This document shows positions 1 through 8,629 of a stretch of 64,000 nucleotides of DNA, piece after piece; within the stretch, counting starts at the first letter, position 1; every line of letters starts with the position of its first letter. A model generated the notes under the pieces. That model was not told the DNA's origin. It saw nothing but the letters and a program-made list of their open reading frames with translations, and ran no database searches. The stretch lies in IMG/VR virus record IMGVR_UViG_3300001347_000003, one strand, 5' to 3'. The stretch is from a virus. The translations under genes were made by a program, and so were the position numbers.

Positions 1-13
1 CTATATTCGCGTT

Positions 14-208
14 ATGAAAAACAACACGATGATATACACAGAAAGAGAACTGTTTAAGCAAACAGAAGTCGAACATTTAGGTCAAGCCGACCTAATAGTA
101 TTTGATGCCGCTAATCCTCAATGCGAAGGTTACGTCCTATTAGGATGGGATGAAGTAGGGATGTTCACACAAGGCATGAAACAACCGCGTTATAGATTTC
201 AAAAGTAA
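14..208 (+). CDS. Hypothetical early protein (start may be ATG at 29)
   Basis: First ORF after the promoter-like motif; A-rich leader precedes the second ATG. Confidence 0.65.
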   Translation: MKNNTMIYTERELFKQTEVEHLGQADLIVFDAANPQCEGYVLLGWDEVGMFTQGMKQPRYRFQK

Positions 209-213
209 GCAAC

Positions 214-462
214 ATGAAAAACAACAAAATAGATATTTGGAGAGAAAGTCGGTGGGAGAAACGAGCGATAGACGCTTGGTCTTTGCACGAAGATTTAAAA
301 GAATCGGGTGATGACCCTGAATTAGAAATGATGGCAAAGTCATTGCTTGAGAAATGCGAGGCTAAACTAGCAGATTATGCAAGGCTACGACAAATACACG
401 CTAAGACGGTAGCAGACAATTTTATGCTAGGAATACACAAATTAGTAGAAAGCATTAAGTAA
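214..462 (+). CDS. Hypothetical protein
   Basis: 82-aa ORF tightly packed in the early operon. Confidence 0.7.
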   Translation: MKNNKIDIWRESRWEKRAIDAWSLHEDLKESGDDPELEMMAKSLLEKCEAKLADYARLRQIHAKTVADNFMLGIHKLVESIK

Positions 463-701
463 TGACACATTATATAGACGTAAGGGAAGGCACACATTTA
501 GAAGTGTCTTATAATTATTATCGGTCAGTAACATCGAACGATTACGATGTGCCGCCTGACCCTGAAGAATTTGAAATAGAAAAAATAGAGTTAGTCAGCG
601 ATTCAGGCGTTCGCATGGATATAACGAGTTTGACGGAAGACTTGTTAAACGTCTTGCGATGGGATAAAATCAACGAAGAAATCTTTAACCAACATAATTA
701 A
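462..701 (+). CDS. Hypothetical protein
   Basis: TAATG coupling to the upstream gene; acidic 79 aa. Confidence 0.7.
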   Translation: MTHYIDVREGTHLEVSYNYYRSVTSNDYDVPPDPEEFEIEKIELVSDSGVRMDITSLTEDLLNVLRWDKINEEIFNQHN

Positions 702-703
702 AA

Positions 704-1150
704 ATGAGCAAAATTATTCAAATGCAGTCGTGGGGCAAGCCTTGGAAAAATGACCAAGGAGTTGATTGCTTCAATTTCGAAGTGCTGCTAGACGATCAAC
801 GTAGCGCAATTGTAACCGCACAAAGCGAAACACGATGGCAAGTAGGCAACGAATGCGAAGTCTCCAAAGAATGGACAGATAAGCAAGGCAACAAACGTAT
901 GTCACTAAGCAAGCCCAAATCAGAATGGCAAAGCAAAGGAGGTGGGGGTAAGTCTGCTGAAGACCAGGTACGTATTGGCAGACAATGGGCTATCAATACA
1001 TCAATTAACTACTTGCAACTTGTCGTTACGGCCACAGGTCAAATGACACCCGATGAAATTGCTAGGGCAGCACGTATGTTTATTGATATGCGCGATGGCT
1101 TAGATGACTTTAAGTACGACCAAGTAAACAATGATGACCTGCCTTTCTAA
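704..1150 (+). CDS. Probable single-stranded DNA-binding protein
   Basis: Beta-rich N-terminus, Gly-rich linker, acidic C-terminal tail ending NNDDLPF typical of SSBs. Confidence 0.65.
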   Translation: MSKIIQMQSWGKPWKNDQGVDCFNFEVLLDDQRSAIVTAQSETRWQVGNECEVSKEWTDKQGNKRMSLSKPKSEWQSKGGGGKSAEDQVRIGRQWAINTSINYLQLVVTATGQMTPDEIARAARMFIDMRDGLDDFKYDQVNNDDLPF

Positions 1151-1350
1151 TGGGAAAACTAAAGCAAACACTTGAAGACGGGCAGACATTAGAGTATGCA
1201 TACGTACATGAACCAATGCCTGAAGACTTGAAATGGGCGATTGGTCATGCATCTAATTTTTCAAACAGCCCTGAAGAAACAAAGCAGAACGCCTTGTTAT
1301 TGTTACAAACCTTAGACGAACTAAAAAATGACTTTAGAAACTTTTATTAA
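1150..1350 (+). CDS. Hypothetical protein
   Basis: TAATG coupling; 66 aa. Confidence 0.65.
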   Translation: MGKLKQTLEDGQTLEYAYVHEPMPEDLKWAIGHASNFSNSPEETKQNALLLLQTLDELKNDFRNFY

Positions 1351-1558
1351 GATTAAGTTTGGCACACAGAACAAGCTGGGCGAAGCCTTAGAAGTAGGTC
1401 AAAATACCGTGAACAGATGGTATAATAACGATCCTAAAAAATTCTTTACGCACGTACAGCAGCTTGCAAAATGGGGCGATGTACCTGTTGAAGAAGTAGT
1501 AGATATGATTGAACAACGCTGTACGGATGTTCGACACTTACAAGCTGTCCGTAAATGA
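1328..1558 (+). CDS. Cro/XRE-like helix-turn-helix protein
   Basis: FGTQNKLGEALEVGQNTVNRW fits an HTH pattern. Confidence 0.7.
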   Translation: MTLETFIKIKFGTQNKLGEALEVGQNTVNRWYNNDPKKFFTHVQQLAKWGDVPVEEVVDMIEQRCTDVRHLQAVRK

Positions 1559-1700
1559 ATTGCGTTTGCTTAGAAAGCAACTGTATTATCTCCATGCAGA
1601 AATGACTAAGTATAAGCGGCAAATGGTGACTGATGAATTAGCTACAATAAATCAGCGGTTACACGAGTTAACAGGAGAGCATAAATATCTACTCAAATGA
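1509..1700 (+). CDS. Hypothetical helical protein (start uncertain)
   Basis: Fills the gap to the replication gene with an ATGA overlap at 1697-1700. Confidence 0.5.
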   Translation: MNNAVRMFDTYKLSVNELRLLRKQLYYLHAEMTKYKRQMVTDELATINQRLHELTGEHKYLLK

Positions 1701-2341
1701 ACAACAGAGAATTTAAGGGCGTATGGATACCATCGGATTTATATTTAAATCAAGACTTGAATTGGACAACGAAATTAATAATCCTGGAAATTGATAATTT
1801 TAGTCGTAACGGTCTGCCTTGCTTTATAAGTAATGCTCACTTGTGCAGTCACTTACAATGCTCACAGAGTACAGTTGAAAAAGCATTGAAGGCAGCAGAA
1901 GATGCGGGATTTATAACTCGTACACGAGAGATGATTGGAGAGCATACCCGTAGAATTTTACGGATGAATACCGTAATAAATAACGGGCTGAACCCGTCAA
2001 AAACTACGGCTACTACCCGTAAAAAAGTACGACATAATAATACAAGGAAGAATACAATTAACAAACCAATGAAAACAAGCAAGCCTAATACGCAAGAATG
2101 TTATTTGTACTTTGCAGAATTAGGAGTTGAAAATCCTCGCGACGAAGCAGAGGCATTTAAAGATTGGTATGATCAAACTGGATGGACTTTAAAAGGAGGC
2201 AACAAGATAAAAGATTGGAAAGCAACAGCGCGTAATTGGGTGCGCAGACAAAAAAAACAAAGCGATGCAACAGCTACAAAAGGATTCAAGCAAACAAATT
2301 TCAACGCTGAGAACATTAAGTCTTTCGTTACTGAAGGATAG
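1697..2341 (+). CDS. Replication initiator-like protein (N-terminal winged HTH)
   Basis: FKGVWIP...SNAHLCSHLQCSQSTVEKALKAAEDAGFI HTH; C-terminal WYDQTGW...KIKDWKATARNW motif of phage replication proteins. Confidence 0.7.
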   Translation: MNNREFKGVWIPSDLYLNQDLNWTTKLIILEIDNFSRNGLPCFISNAHLCSHLQCSQSTVEKALKAAEDAGFITRTREMIGEHTRRILRMNTVINNGLNPSKTTATTRKKVRHNNTRKNTINKPMKTSKPNTQECYLYFAELGVENPRDEAEAFKDWYDQTGWTLKGGNKIKDWKATARNWVRRQKKQSDATATKGFKQTNFNAENIKSFVTEG

Positions 2342-2849
2342 CAGCATACAACTTAGCCCAACGCAAGCATGGGATGAAGGCACGAACATAAAGCAAGCCT
2401 TAGCCATTGCGCCTGAAATGGTTCGGGGTTGGATTGTGTCTGAGGTAGGGCGAATGATTAAAGAATTGAATTATAAGGTGACGATCGAGAGCGATGAAGA
2501 ATTGATGTTTTGTTGCAGGTCAATTATCGAAGAGCATCCTACTTTGAAGCTAGAAGAAATACGTGTGTGCTTTAACATGATACGCAAAGGCAAATACGGA
2601 AAGATGTTCGAACGCTTAAAGACTCCTGAGATACTGACGTGCTTGCAAACCTACCAGGGCGAAACACGCGCAGAAATTTTAGAGCAACGAGCGAAAAATA
2701 AAAAGCACGAAGCCACAGAAAAGACTGATGAGGTTTTGCAACCTTTAGGCTTAGTTGAATTGTACGACAAGTTGCAAGTAAAAGAACACGTACCAACCAA
2801 AGAAGGCATAGGTACAAGATTAAAAAAGAAAAATAAATGGGACAAATGA
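2265..2849 (+). CDS. Replication-associated protein (possible helicase loader/partner)
   Basis: Follows the initiator; LEEIRVCF...GKYGKMFERL motif recalled from Bacteroidota phage proteins; function inferred. Confidence 0.5.
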   Translation: MQQLQKDSSKQISTLRTLSLSLLKDSSIQLSPTQAWDEGTNIKQALAIAPEMVRGWIVSEVGRMIKELNYKVTIESDEELMFCCRSIIEEHPTLKLEEIRVCFNMIRKGKYGKMFERLKTPEILTCLQTYQGETRAEILEQRAKNKKHEATEKTDEVLQPLGLVELYDKLQVKEHVPTKEGIGTRLKKKNKWDK

Positions 2850-2962
2850 ATGAATTAATAAGCAATTGTTGCGGCGCACCTAAATTTGGAGAATGGGAAA
2901 TATGCGCTGAATGTCTAGAACACACAGACTTTATCGAAGAAGATGATGATCACGAAGAGTAA
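2846..2962 (+). CDS. Small Cys-rich protein, 38 aa (not in ORF track)
   Basis: MNELISNCCGAPKFGEWEICAECLEHTDFIEEDDDHEE; ATGA overlap with the upstream stop. Confidence 0.65.
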   Translation: MNELISNCCGAPKFGEWEICAECLEHTDFIEEDDDHEE

Positions 2963-3350
2963 AGCCAAAGTAAAACTTGACAAGGCTTTAAGCGACTACG
3001 TGAGAAAATCAAACGCAGATGAATTTGGGCGGGCAAATTGTTTTACGTGTACAGCAAGGAAAAATTGGAAGCTATTAGATTGCGGTCATTTTATAACGCG
3101 ATCAAAGATGAGTACCCGTTGGCTATATAAGCCTGAAGAGGGCATGGTCAATATGATGCCCCAATGTAAGCAATGCAATTTGACAGGCGGTCAACAGTAT
3201 TTGTTTGCAAAGAGATTAGACGTAATTTACGGCGAAGGCACAGCAGATAAAATACTGCGCAAGAGCAATGAAACCACAAAATTTAGCATAGCAGAACTAC
3301 AAGAGATGACTGCATACTACAATGACTTGTTTCGAAAACTTCCTGGTTAA
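2943..3350 (+). CDS. NinG/Rap-like HNH-type nuclease
   Basis: CFTC...DCGHFITR...QCKQCN zinc/HNH pattern of the NinG family. Confidence 0.8.
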   Translation: MMITKSKAKVKLDKALSDYVRKSNADEFGRANCFTCTARKNWKLLDCGHFITRSKMSTRWLYKPEEGMVNMMPQCKQCNLTGGQQYLFAKRLDVIYGEGTADKILRKSNETTKFSIAELQEMTAYYNDLFRKLPG

Positions 3351-3828
3351 AGAATACGACACCTTAAAAAGGTATGGTGACCGTTTGGTTGGCGAGGCTT
3401 GGGGACAAGATTTGCTACACGATATGTCGATTACTTTTTTAAAGAAGGGAGATAAACTAGACAAGCTATGCACACGGAAAGAAATGCTGCCTTACATGAA
3501 ACGGGCTATGCGCATTGCTAGTTGGCATGAACACGGCAAGTTTTACAAACAGTACAAAGAGTACGAAAAACGAAAAGCGAATTTAGATGTCGAGCAGGTT
3601 TCGATAAAAGAACACGAAGTAATAGAGTTAGAAAAACAACAACTTGGAACTGTATTCACTTTGCTTGAAGAGATAAATTGGTTCGACAGAGAGATATTTA
3701 AAGCCTATTTTTTACACAGTCACACACTACAAACATTAAGCGATGCCACAGGAATTAACAGACAAACAATCTACAGAAGCATTAGGAAAGCCCAAGCGCA
3801 CATCAAAGCCAAGACGAAAGAAATCTAA
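3322..3828 (+). CDS. Sigma-70/ECF-like transcription factor
   Basis: Region-2-like QDLLHD and C-terminal HTH TLQTLSDATGINRQTIYRSIRKA. Confidence 0.65.
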   Translation: MTCFENFLVKEYDTLKRYGDRLVGEAWGQDLLHDMSITFLKKGDKLDKLCTRKEMLPYMKRAMRIASWHEHGKFYKQYKEYEKRKANLDVEQVSIKEHEVIELEKQQLGTVFTLLEEINWFDREIFKAYFLHSHTLQTLSDATGINRQTIYRSIRKAQAHIKAKTKEI

Positions 3829-4183
3829 AGGCTTAGGCGATGACATTGAAAAGTTTACGGAAGCCACAGGCATTAAAAAAGTCGTGGAGAAAGTATCGGA
3901 AATTACGGGCAAAGACTGCGGATGTAAGAAAAGAAAGGAGTATCTTAATAGAAGGTTTCCCCGTTATGATGGCATGAGCAAAGCCGATCAAAAAATATGG
4001 GTAGATGTATTGAAGCCTAAGTTTCAAGAAGGAGCGACAGTTTCATTGGCTTACCAGGAAACGTTCATTGACGTATACCAACGCACATTTGGAATCCGTT
4101 TGAAAAAAACGAATTGCGGAAAATGCGTATTAGAAAATCTAGAGCAACTAGAAAAGGCATACGCTATTAGCTGCGACAAATGA
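3743..4183 (+). CDS. Conserved phage hypothetical protein with CGC and CGKC motifs
   Basis: GLGDDIEKFTEATGIKK...DCGCKKRKEYLN...NCGKC. Confidence 0.65.
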   Translation: MPQELTDKQSTEALGKPKRTSKPRRKKSKGLGDDIEKFTEATGIKKVVEKVSEITGKDCGCKKRKEYLNRRFPRYDGMSKADQKIWVDVLKPKFQEGATVSLAYQETFIDVYQRTFGIRLKKTNCGKCVLENLEQLEKAYAISCDK

Positions 4184-4545
4184 AGATACTATGTCCTGCT
4201 ATACTTGACGGCTACCAACGCAGAAAGGATCGTAGCGTAAGTTTGCGCTTGCTTACCCAAGAGCAGACGAGCCAAGACCTAATGAACATTGACAGTTTGT
4301 TAGACACATTCGGCATACTGTACTTTAGGGCTGATGATTCGCCTGAAGACAGCGTACCATTTGAAGAGTTAGACAGCATAGAGTTAGACTTGTACGATAA
4401 GAAGAAGACACAGAGCCAAAGGCTACGTGCCGTACTCTACAAGTTGTACAAGCAAGAGGGAGGGGAAGGAGAATTTAAAGACTACTACAAGGTAAAGACA
4501 GAGAAAATAATTGAACATTTTAAAAGCAGATTACAAGATGAGTAA
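4180..4545 (+). CDS. Hypothetical protein
   Basis: ATGA coupling; 121 aa. Confidence 0.7.
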   Translation: MKILCPAILDGYQRRKDRSVSLRLLTQEQTSQDLMNIDSLLDTFGILYFRADDSPEDSVPFEELDSIELDLYDKKKTQSQRLRAVLYKLYKQEGGEGEFKDYYKVKTEKIIEHFKSRLQDE

Positions 4546-4885
4546 AGCATCAATTTTAGCGCACGAAGAAATCAAGCCCAAGAAACTATCTATTGAACAA
4601 CAGATATATTCTTACCTGGAAAACAATGGCGCAACTAGTCTACAGATGATTGAGTTTCATTTGGGACTAAAGAATCAAACAGCGTCAGCAAGACTAAGCG
4701 AGATGCACGACAAAGGCATAGTATGTTTTGATGCCTACGGTTCATATCGGGTGACGCATGATGAAACAGAAAAGAGGGAGGTAGAGTGGCTTCGAATGCG
4801 TGACAAATACGAAAAGTGGAAAAAGCAAGGTGTAAAGAATGGGTGGTTAATTAGTGACTTTGATTCCCGAACCAACAAACAATAG
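4538..4885 (+). CDS. Winged-HTH DNA-binding protein
   Basis: QIYSYLENNG...LGLKNQTASARLSEMHDKG; ATG at 4538 chosen over the track start at 4511. Confidence 0.65.
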   Translation: MSKASILAHEEIKPKKLSIEQQIYSYLENNGATSLQMIEFHLGLKNQTASARLSEMHDKGIVCFDAYGSYRVTHDETEKREVEWLRMRDKYEKWKKQGVKNGWLISDFDSRTNKQ

Positions 4886-4886
4886 A

Positions 4887-5744
4887 ATGAAAACTGTGAC
4901 AAGCGTAAGCGGCGGGCAATCATCAGCATATATAGCGGCAAACTACCCAAGCGATTACTTGGTATTTGCTTTGGTATGCATAGAAGACCGTAAATGCACT
5001 CCAAAGGATGCAAAACTAGTTCAAGCGGTAAGCGATCGAATTGGAAAGGAGTTTATAGCCACGGCAGAAGACGATACTATCCTGCACACAATGTTTGACC
5101 TTGAGCAATATCTAGGCGAGTCCATTGATTGGGTCACAGGAGCTACGTTTGACGAAATCACAAGTGGAAAACACGGGAAAGTCTTACCGAGTCCTTTACG
5201 CAGATACTGTACCGCACTTATGAAGCTGAAACCAATGTTCGAATGGTGGAGAGAAAAAATAAACGAGCCAGTTAAAATGCAGATAGGATTTCGAGCAGGA
5301 GAAGAACGAAGGGCGGCATCTCATTTTAGTAAATGCAATGCAGACGGTCTTTTAGAACAAAAGCATATTGTTGGACAGCACACAAACGGAAACAATAAAT
5401 GGGCGGAAACAGCGTGGCAAAAGCCAGTTTTTCCAATGATACAGGACGGGATTTACCGCGACAAGATAGTTGAGTTTTGGAAAGACAAACCCGTTCGATT
5501 TGCAGAAAAAAATAACTGCGTAGGATGCTTTCACAGAAACCCTATTTTGCTTCGCACTATGTTTGACAAGCACCCAAATAAAATGGAATGGTTTGCAAGT
5601 CAGGAGCGAAACCGTACTTATCCGAACGATATATTTCTAGTAGGGAAAGAGACAACTTACGATCAGATAAAAAAACACAAACTACAGCACGCATTATCTT
5701 TCAAGGATTTCAGCGAATGCGATTCAGGACATTGCGGATTATGA
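4887..5744 (+). CDS. PAPS reductase/PP-loop family protein
   Basis: SVSGGQSS PP-loop, RRYCT, IGFRAGE, NCVGCFH and terminal ECDSGHCGL. Confidence 0.75.
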   Translation: MKTVTSVSGGQSSAYIAANYPSDYLVFALVCIEDRKCTPKDAKLVQAVSDRIGKEFIATAEDDTILHTMFDLEQYLGESIDWVTGATFDEITSGKHGKVLPSPLRRYCTALMKLKPMFEWWREKINEPVKMQIGFRAGEERRAASHFSKCNADGLLEQKHIVGQHTNGNNKWAETAWQKPVFPMIQDGIYRDKIVEFWKDKPVRFAEKNNCVGCFHRNPILLRTMFDKHPNKMEWFASQERNRTYPNDIFLVGKETTYDQIKKHKLQHALSFKDFSECDSGHCGL

Positions 5745-6520
5745 CACATGGATCACTCTTTTCAGGAATTGGAGGCTTTGACCTAGCAGCTGAATGGGCA
5801 GGGTTTACTAATGTCTTTAATTGCGAGTGGGAAGAATTCCCCCAAAAAATCCTCAAATACCATTTTCCCAATGCAGAACAATACGCAGACATACACGACT
5901 TCGACGCAACTAAGTATAATGGACGAATTGACGTTCTCAGCGGAGGTTTCCCATGTCAAGACGCAAGCATCGCTAAACAACACGGAAAAGGCCAAAAAGG
6001 ACTTGAAGGCGACAGAACAGGGTTATGGACAGAAATGGTTCGCGCCATCAAAGAAATACGACCCAAATACGTCGCCGCCGAAAACGTATCGAATATTCTC
6101 AGAACCAACAATGGACGAGATTGGAGAACAATCCTCGGTGAATTGGATGGAATGGGGTACAATGCAGAATGGAGAGTTACAAGAGCGAGCGAAATCGGTG
6201 CCTGCCACCACCGTTCCCGGTGCTACTTGGTTGCTTACCCCAACAGCATCCGACTCAATGAGGGAGAATCTTTCTTCTCCAATGTACTTCAAGAGATACC
6301 GCAGAAGCGCAGGCTCTTTGCCGGAACATCTGCATCGGTTGGGGTTTCGTGGGAAACTGAACCCGTTGTTTCCGGGTTGGATGATGGGCTTCCCCAAGAA
6401 CTGGACGGCATTACCTTTCCAAAGTGGAGAAGAGAATCAATCAAAGCATACGGAAATGCCATAGTGCCACAAGTAGCACATCGTATATTTGAATCTATCA
6501 AAGAGTACGAACACCTGTAA
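5741..6520 (+). CDS. DNA (cytosine-5)-methyltransferase, alpha polypeptide
   Basis: Motif I SLFSGIGG, motif IV GGFPCQ, motif VI ENV, motif VIII HHRSRCY, motif X AYGNAIV; ATGA coupling at 5741-5744. Confidence 0.92.
   Translation: MTHGSLFSGIGGFDLAAEWAGFTNVFNCEWEEFPQKILKYHFPNAEQYADIHDFDATKYNGRIDVLSGGFPCQDASIAKQHGKGQKGLEGDRTGLWTEMVRAIKEIRPKYVAAENVSNILRTNNGRDWRTILGELDGMGYNAEWRVTRASEIGACHHRSRCYLVAYPNSIRLNEGESFFSNVLQEIPQKRRLFAGTSASVGVSWETEPVVSGLDDGLPQELDGITFPKWRRESIKAYGNAIVPQVAHRIFESIKEYEHL
5811..6464 (+). CDS. Putative methyltransferase beta polypeptide, nested in the +1 frame (carries motif IX)
   Basis: 217 stop-free codons inside the MTase gene; WLLTPTASD and GKLNPLFPGWMMGFPKNWT; alternative starts at 5871 and 5919. 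Confidence 0.72.
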   Translation: MSLIASGKNSPKKSSNTIFPMQNNTQTYTTSTQLSIMDELTFSAEVSHVKTQASLNNTEKAKKDLKATEQGYGQKWFAPSKKYDPNTSPPKTYRIFSEPTMDEIGEQSSVNWMEWGTMQNGELQERAKSVPATTVPGATWLLTPTASDSMRENLSSPMYFKRYRRSAGSLPEHLHRLGFRGKLNPLFPGWMMGFPKNWTALPFQSGEENQSKHTEMP

Positions 6521-6540
6521 ATAACAGAAAAAAAACAGAC

Positions 6541-6858
6541 ATGGCTAAGTACGATAAAGGACAATCGGGAAATCCTAATGGAAGACCAAAAGGTGCTAAG
6601 GGCAAAATATCTAGTGAGGCACGGCAATTGTTTGTCCAGGTAATGGAAGGCGAGATGGATAATATTAAAGATTCATTGGGCATCTTGCGTGAGAACAGCG
6701 ACGAGAAATACTTAAAGGCTTTAAGCAGTTTGATGCCATACTTTATGCCTAAGCAAGTAGAAACAGACGTAACCATTTTAGAGGCTATTAAGCCCCCTTC
6801 GTGGTTTGATGAGGTATGGGATAAGACAGACCAAGAAGATGAGAACCAGACTACGTGA
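6541..6858 (+). CDS. terS: Terminase small subunit
   Basis: KGQSGNPNGRPKG N-terminal motif; directly upstream of terL. Confidence 0.75.
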   Translation: MAKYDKGQSGNPNGRPKGAKGKISSEARQLFVQVMEGEMDNIKDSLGILRENSDEKYLKALSSLMPYFMPKQVETDVTILEAIKPPSWFDEVWDKTDQEDENQTT

Positions 6859-8006
6859 AACAGCCTAAAGCGTACTACGATGTAAAGGGAAGCAAGGCGC
6901 GTATCGTTTGCTTGCAAGGAGGGAGCAGAAGTGGCAAGACCTATTCAGTTTTGCATTGCCTGTGCGAATGGTGTTACACGTACCAAAACTCGCAGTTCAC
7001 TATAACTATCATACGCAGAAGTTTTCCTTCGCTTCGTGCTAGTGTGATGCGTGACTTCTTCAACATCATACAAGAGGCAGGGTGGTATCAAGAGAAGCAC
7101 CATAACAAGACAGAGAACACGTACAATCTGTTTGGTAACCTAGTACAATTTATAAGTGCCGATCAGCCCGACAAATTTAGGGGCGCAAAGCACCATTTTG
7201 TTTTTCTCAATGAGTGTACAGAATTGGCAAAGGAGGTTTTTGTCCAAATTTCTATGCGCTGCCTGTATAAAATTTTCATCGACTTTAACCCAAGTGAAGA
7301 GTTCCATTGGATTTATGACACGGTGATACCTAGGGATGACTGCGACTTTTTTAAGTCTACCTACCTAGACAACCCGTTTTTAAACAAGGAGGTAATAGAT
7401 GAGATTGAAAGACTCAAAGACACAGACGAGAATTATTGGAGAATCTATGGACTAGGGGAAAGGGGCATAAGCAAGGAAACTATATTTCAAACGCACGTCT
7501 ACGACGAACTGCCTGAGAACGCAAAGCACATAGCATATGGCTTAGACTTTGGATTTGCTGCTGACCCTGCGGCATTGGTTCGAGTTAGTCAAAGGGGAGA
7601 TGAACTGTACATGGAGGAGTTGATATACAGCGGAGGCTTAACCAACCAAGATTTAGGCGAGAAGTTTAGGACATGGGATATAGGGAGGCATGATGAAATC
7701 ATAGCAGATAGCGCAGAACCAAAAAGCATAACTGAGTTATCGCGCATGAACTTTAACGTGAAGCCTGCGCGTAAGGGAGCAGACAGCATACGCAATGGCA
7801 TTGACATAATGAGAAGGCACAAGCTGTTCATCAAGTCAGACAGCCTAAACTTGCAGAAGGAGTTTAGAAATTACAAGTGGAATACTGATCGTGATGGTCG
7901 TATACTTCCACAACCTAGGGACGCTTGGAATCATGGCATCGACGCTGTGAGATACTGCTGCCTTAACAAACTAGCACACAGAAACCGTTCATACTACATA
8001 AGATGA
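6855..8006 (+). CDS. terL: Terminase large subunit (PBSX-like)
   Basis: Walker A QGGSRSGKT, Walker B FLNEC, nuclease motifs GLDFGF, DSAEP, NHGIDAVRY; GTG start. Confidence 0.95.
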   Translation: MKQPKAYYDVKGSKARIVCLQGGSRSGKTYSVLHCLCEWCYTYQNSQFTITIIRRSFPSLRASVMRDFFNIIQEAGWYQEKHHNKTENTYNLFGNLVQFISADQPDKFRGAKHHFVFLNECTELAKEVFVQISMRCLYKIFIDFNPSEEFHWIYDTVIPRDDCDFFKSTYLDNPFLNKEVIDEIERLKDTDENYWRIYGLGERGISKETIFQTHVYDELPENAKHIAYGLDFGFAADPAALVRVSQRGDELYMEELIYSGGLTNQDLGEKFRTWDIGRHDEIIADSAEPKSITELSRMNFNVKPARKGADSIRNGIDIMRRHKLFIKSDSLNLQKEFRNYKWNTDRDGRILPQPRDAWNHGIDAVRYCCLNKLAHRNRSYYIR

Positions 8007-8629
8007 AAGTAAGCCTACCTGAAGGTTACCACGAAATAACCATAGAGCAATACCAAAACGTTTGGAAAGCATACGAAAAATCTATGAATGCTCACGAGTC
8101 AGTACGACTAGCTATCGAGTGCTTAGGAGGACTAGAGCCTGGTTCGCTAAAAAATGCACAATGGCACGAGATAGAAAAGGCAGGAGAATTACTTGCATGG
8201 TTTATTGCTGACCCTGACGCTTCAACTATGAAGCAACCATTGCAACAGAAGGTTATGCTTGATAACAGATGGTATGGGTTTATTCCTAATTGGACTACGC
8301 TAACAGTAGGAGAATTTGCAGACCTTGATACGTATTGTAACCAAGGGATGTTTGATAATCTGCACGTCATTATGTCCATTCTTTACAGACCAATTGTGCA
8401 TGAACGCCATGATTGTTACGAGATAGAAACATACGTCCCAAGCAAGGAACGAAAGGCAAAAATGCTTAACTTAAAAATGGATGTAGCTATAGGCGCATTG
8501 GTTTTTTTTTGCAACATCGAAAAGGAATTAGCCATCACTATGCAACACTCTTTGAGCAAAAAGGAGCAGACAAAAAAGCTAAAACAATTCACAGTAAATG
8601 GGGCTGGTTCTCAACTATCTACGAACTAG
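8003..8629 (+). CDS. Probable tail assembly chaperone (unshifted product)
   Basis: First gene of the tail block; contains T9 slippery run at 8502-8510. Confidence 0.6.
   Translation: MKVSLPEGYHEITIEQYQNVWKAYEKSMNAHESVRLAIECLGGLEPGSLKNAQWHEIEKAGELLAWFIADPDASTMKQPLQQKVMLDNRWYGFIPNWTTLTVGEFADLDTYCNQGMFDNLHVIMSILYRPIVHERHDCYEIETYVPSKERKAKMLNLKMDVAIGALVFFCNIEKELAITMQHSLSKKEQTKKLKQFTVNGAGSQLSTN

Noticed and set aside
5588-5740. N-terminal extension of the MTase shown in the track (310 aa)
   Set aside because: It overlaps the PAPS-like gene; motif I begins right after the ATG at 5741, which forms an ATGA junction
6210-6380. Apparent clustering of CCGG sites in the MTase gene, suggesting target or restriction-site avoidance elsewhere
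   Set aside because: Impression only; it needs an observed/expected k-mer count that I cannot do reliably by eye
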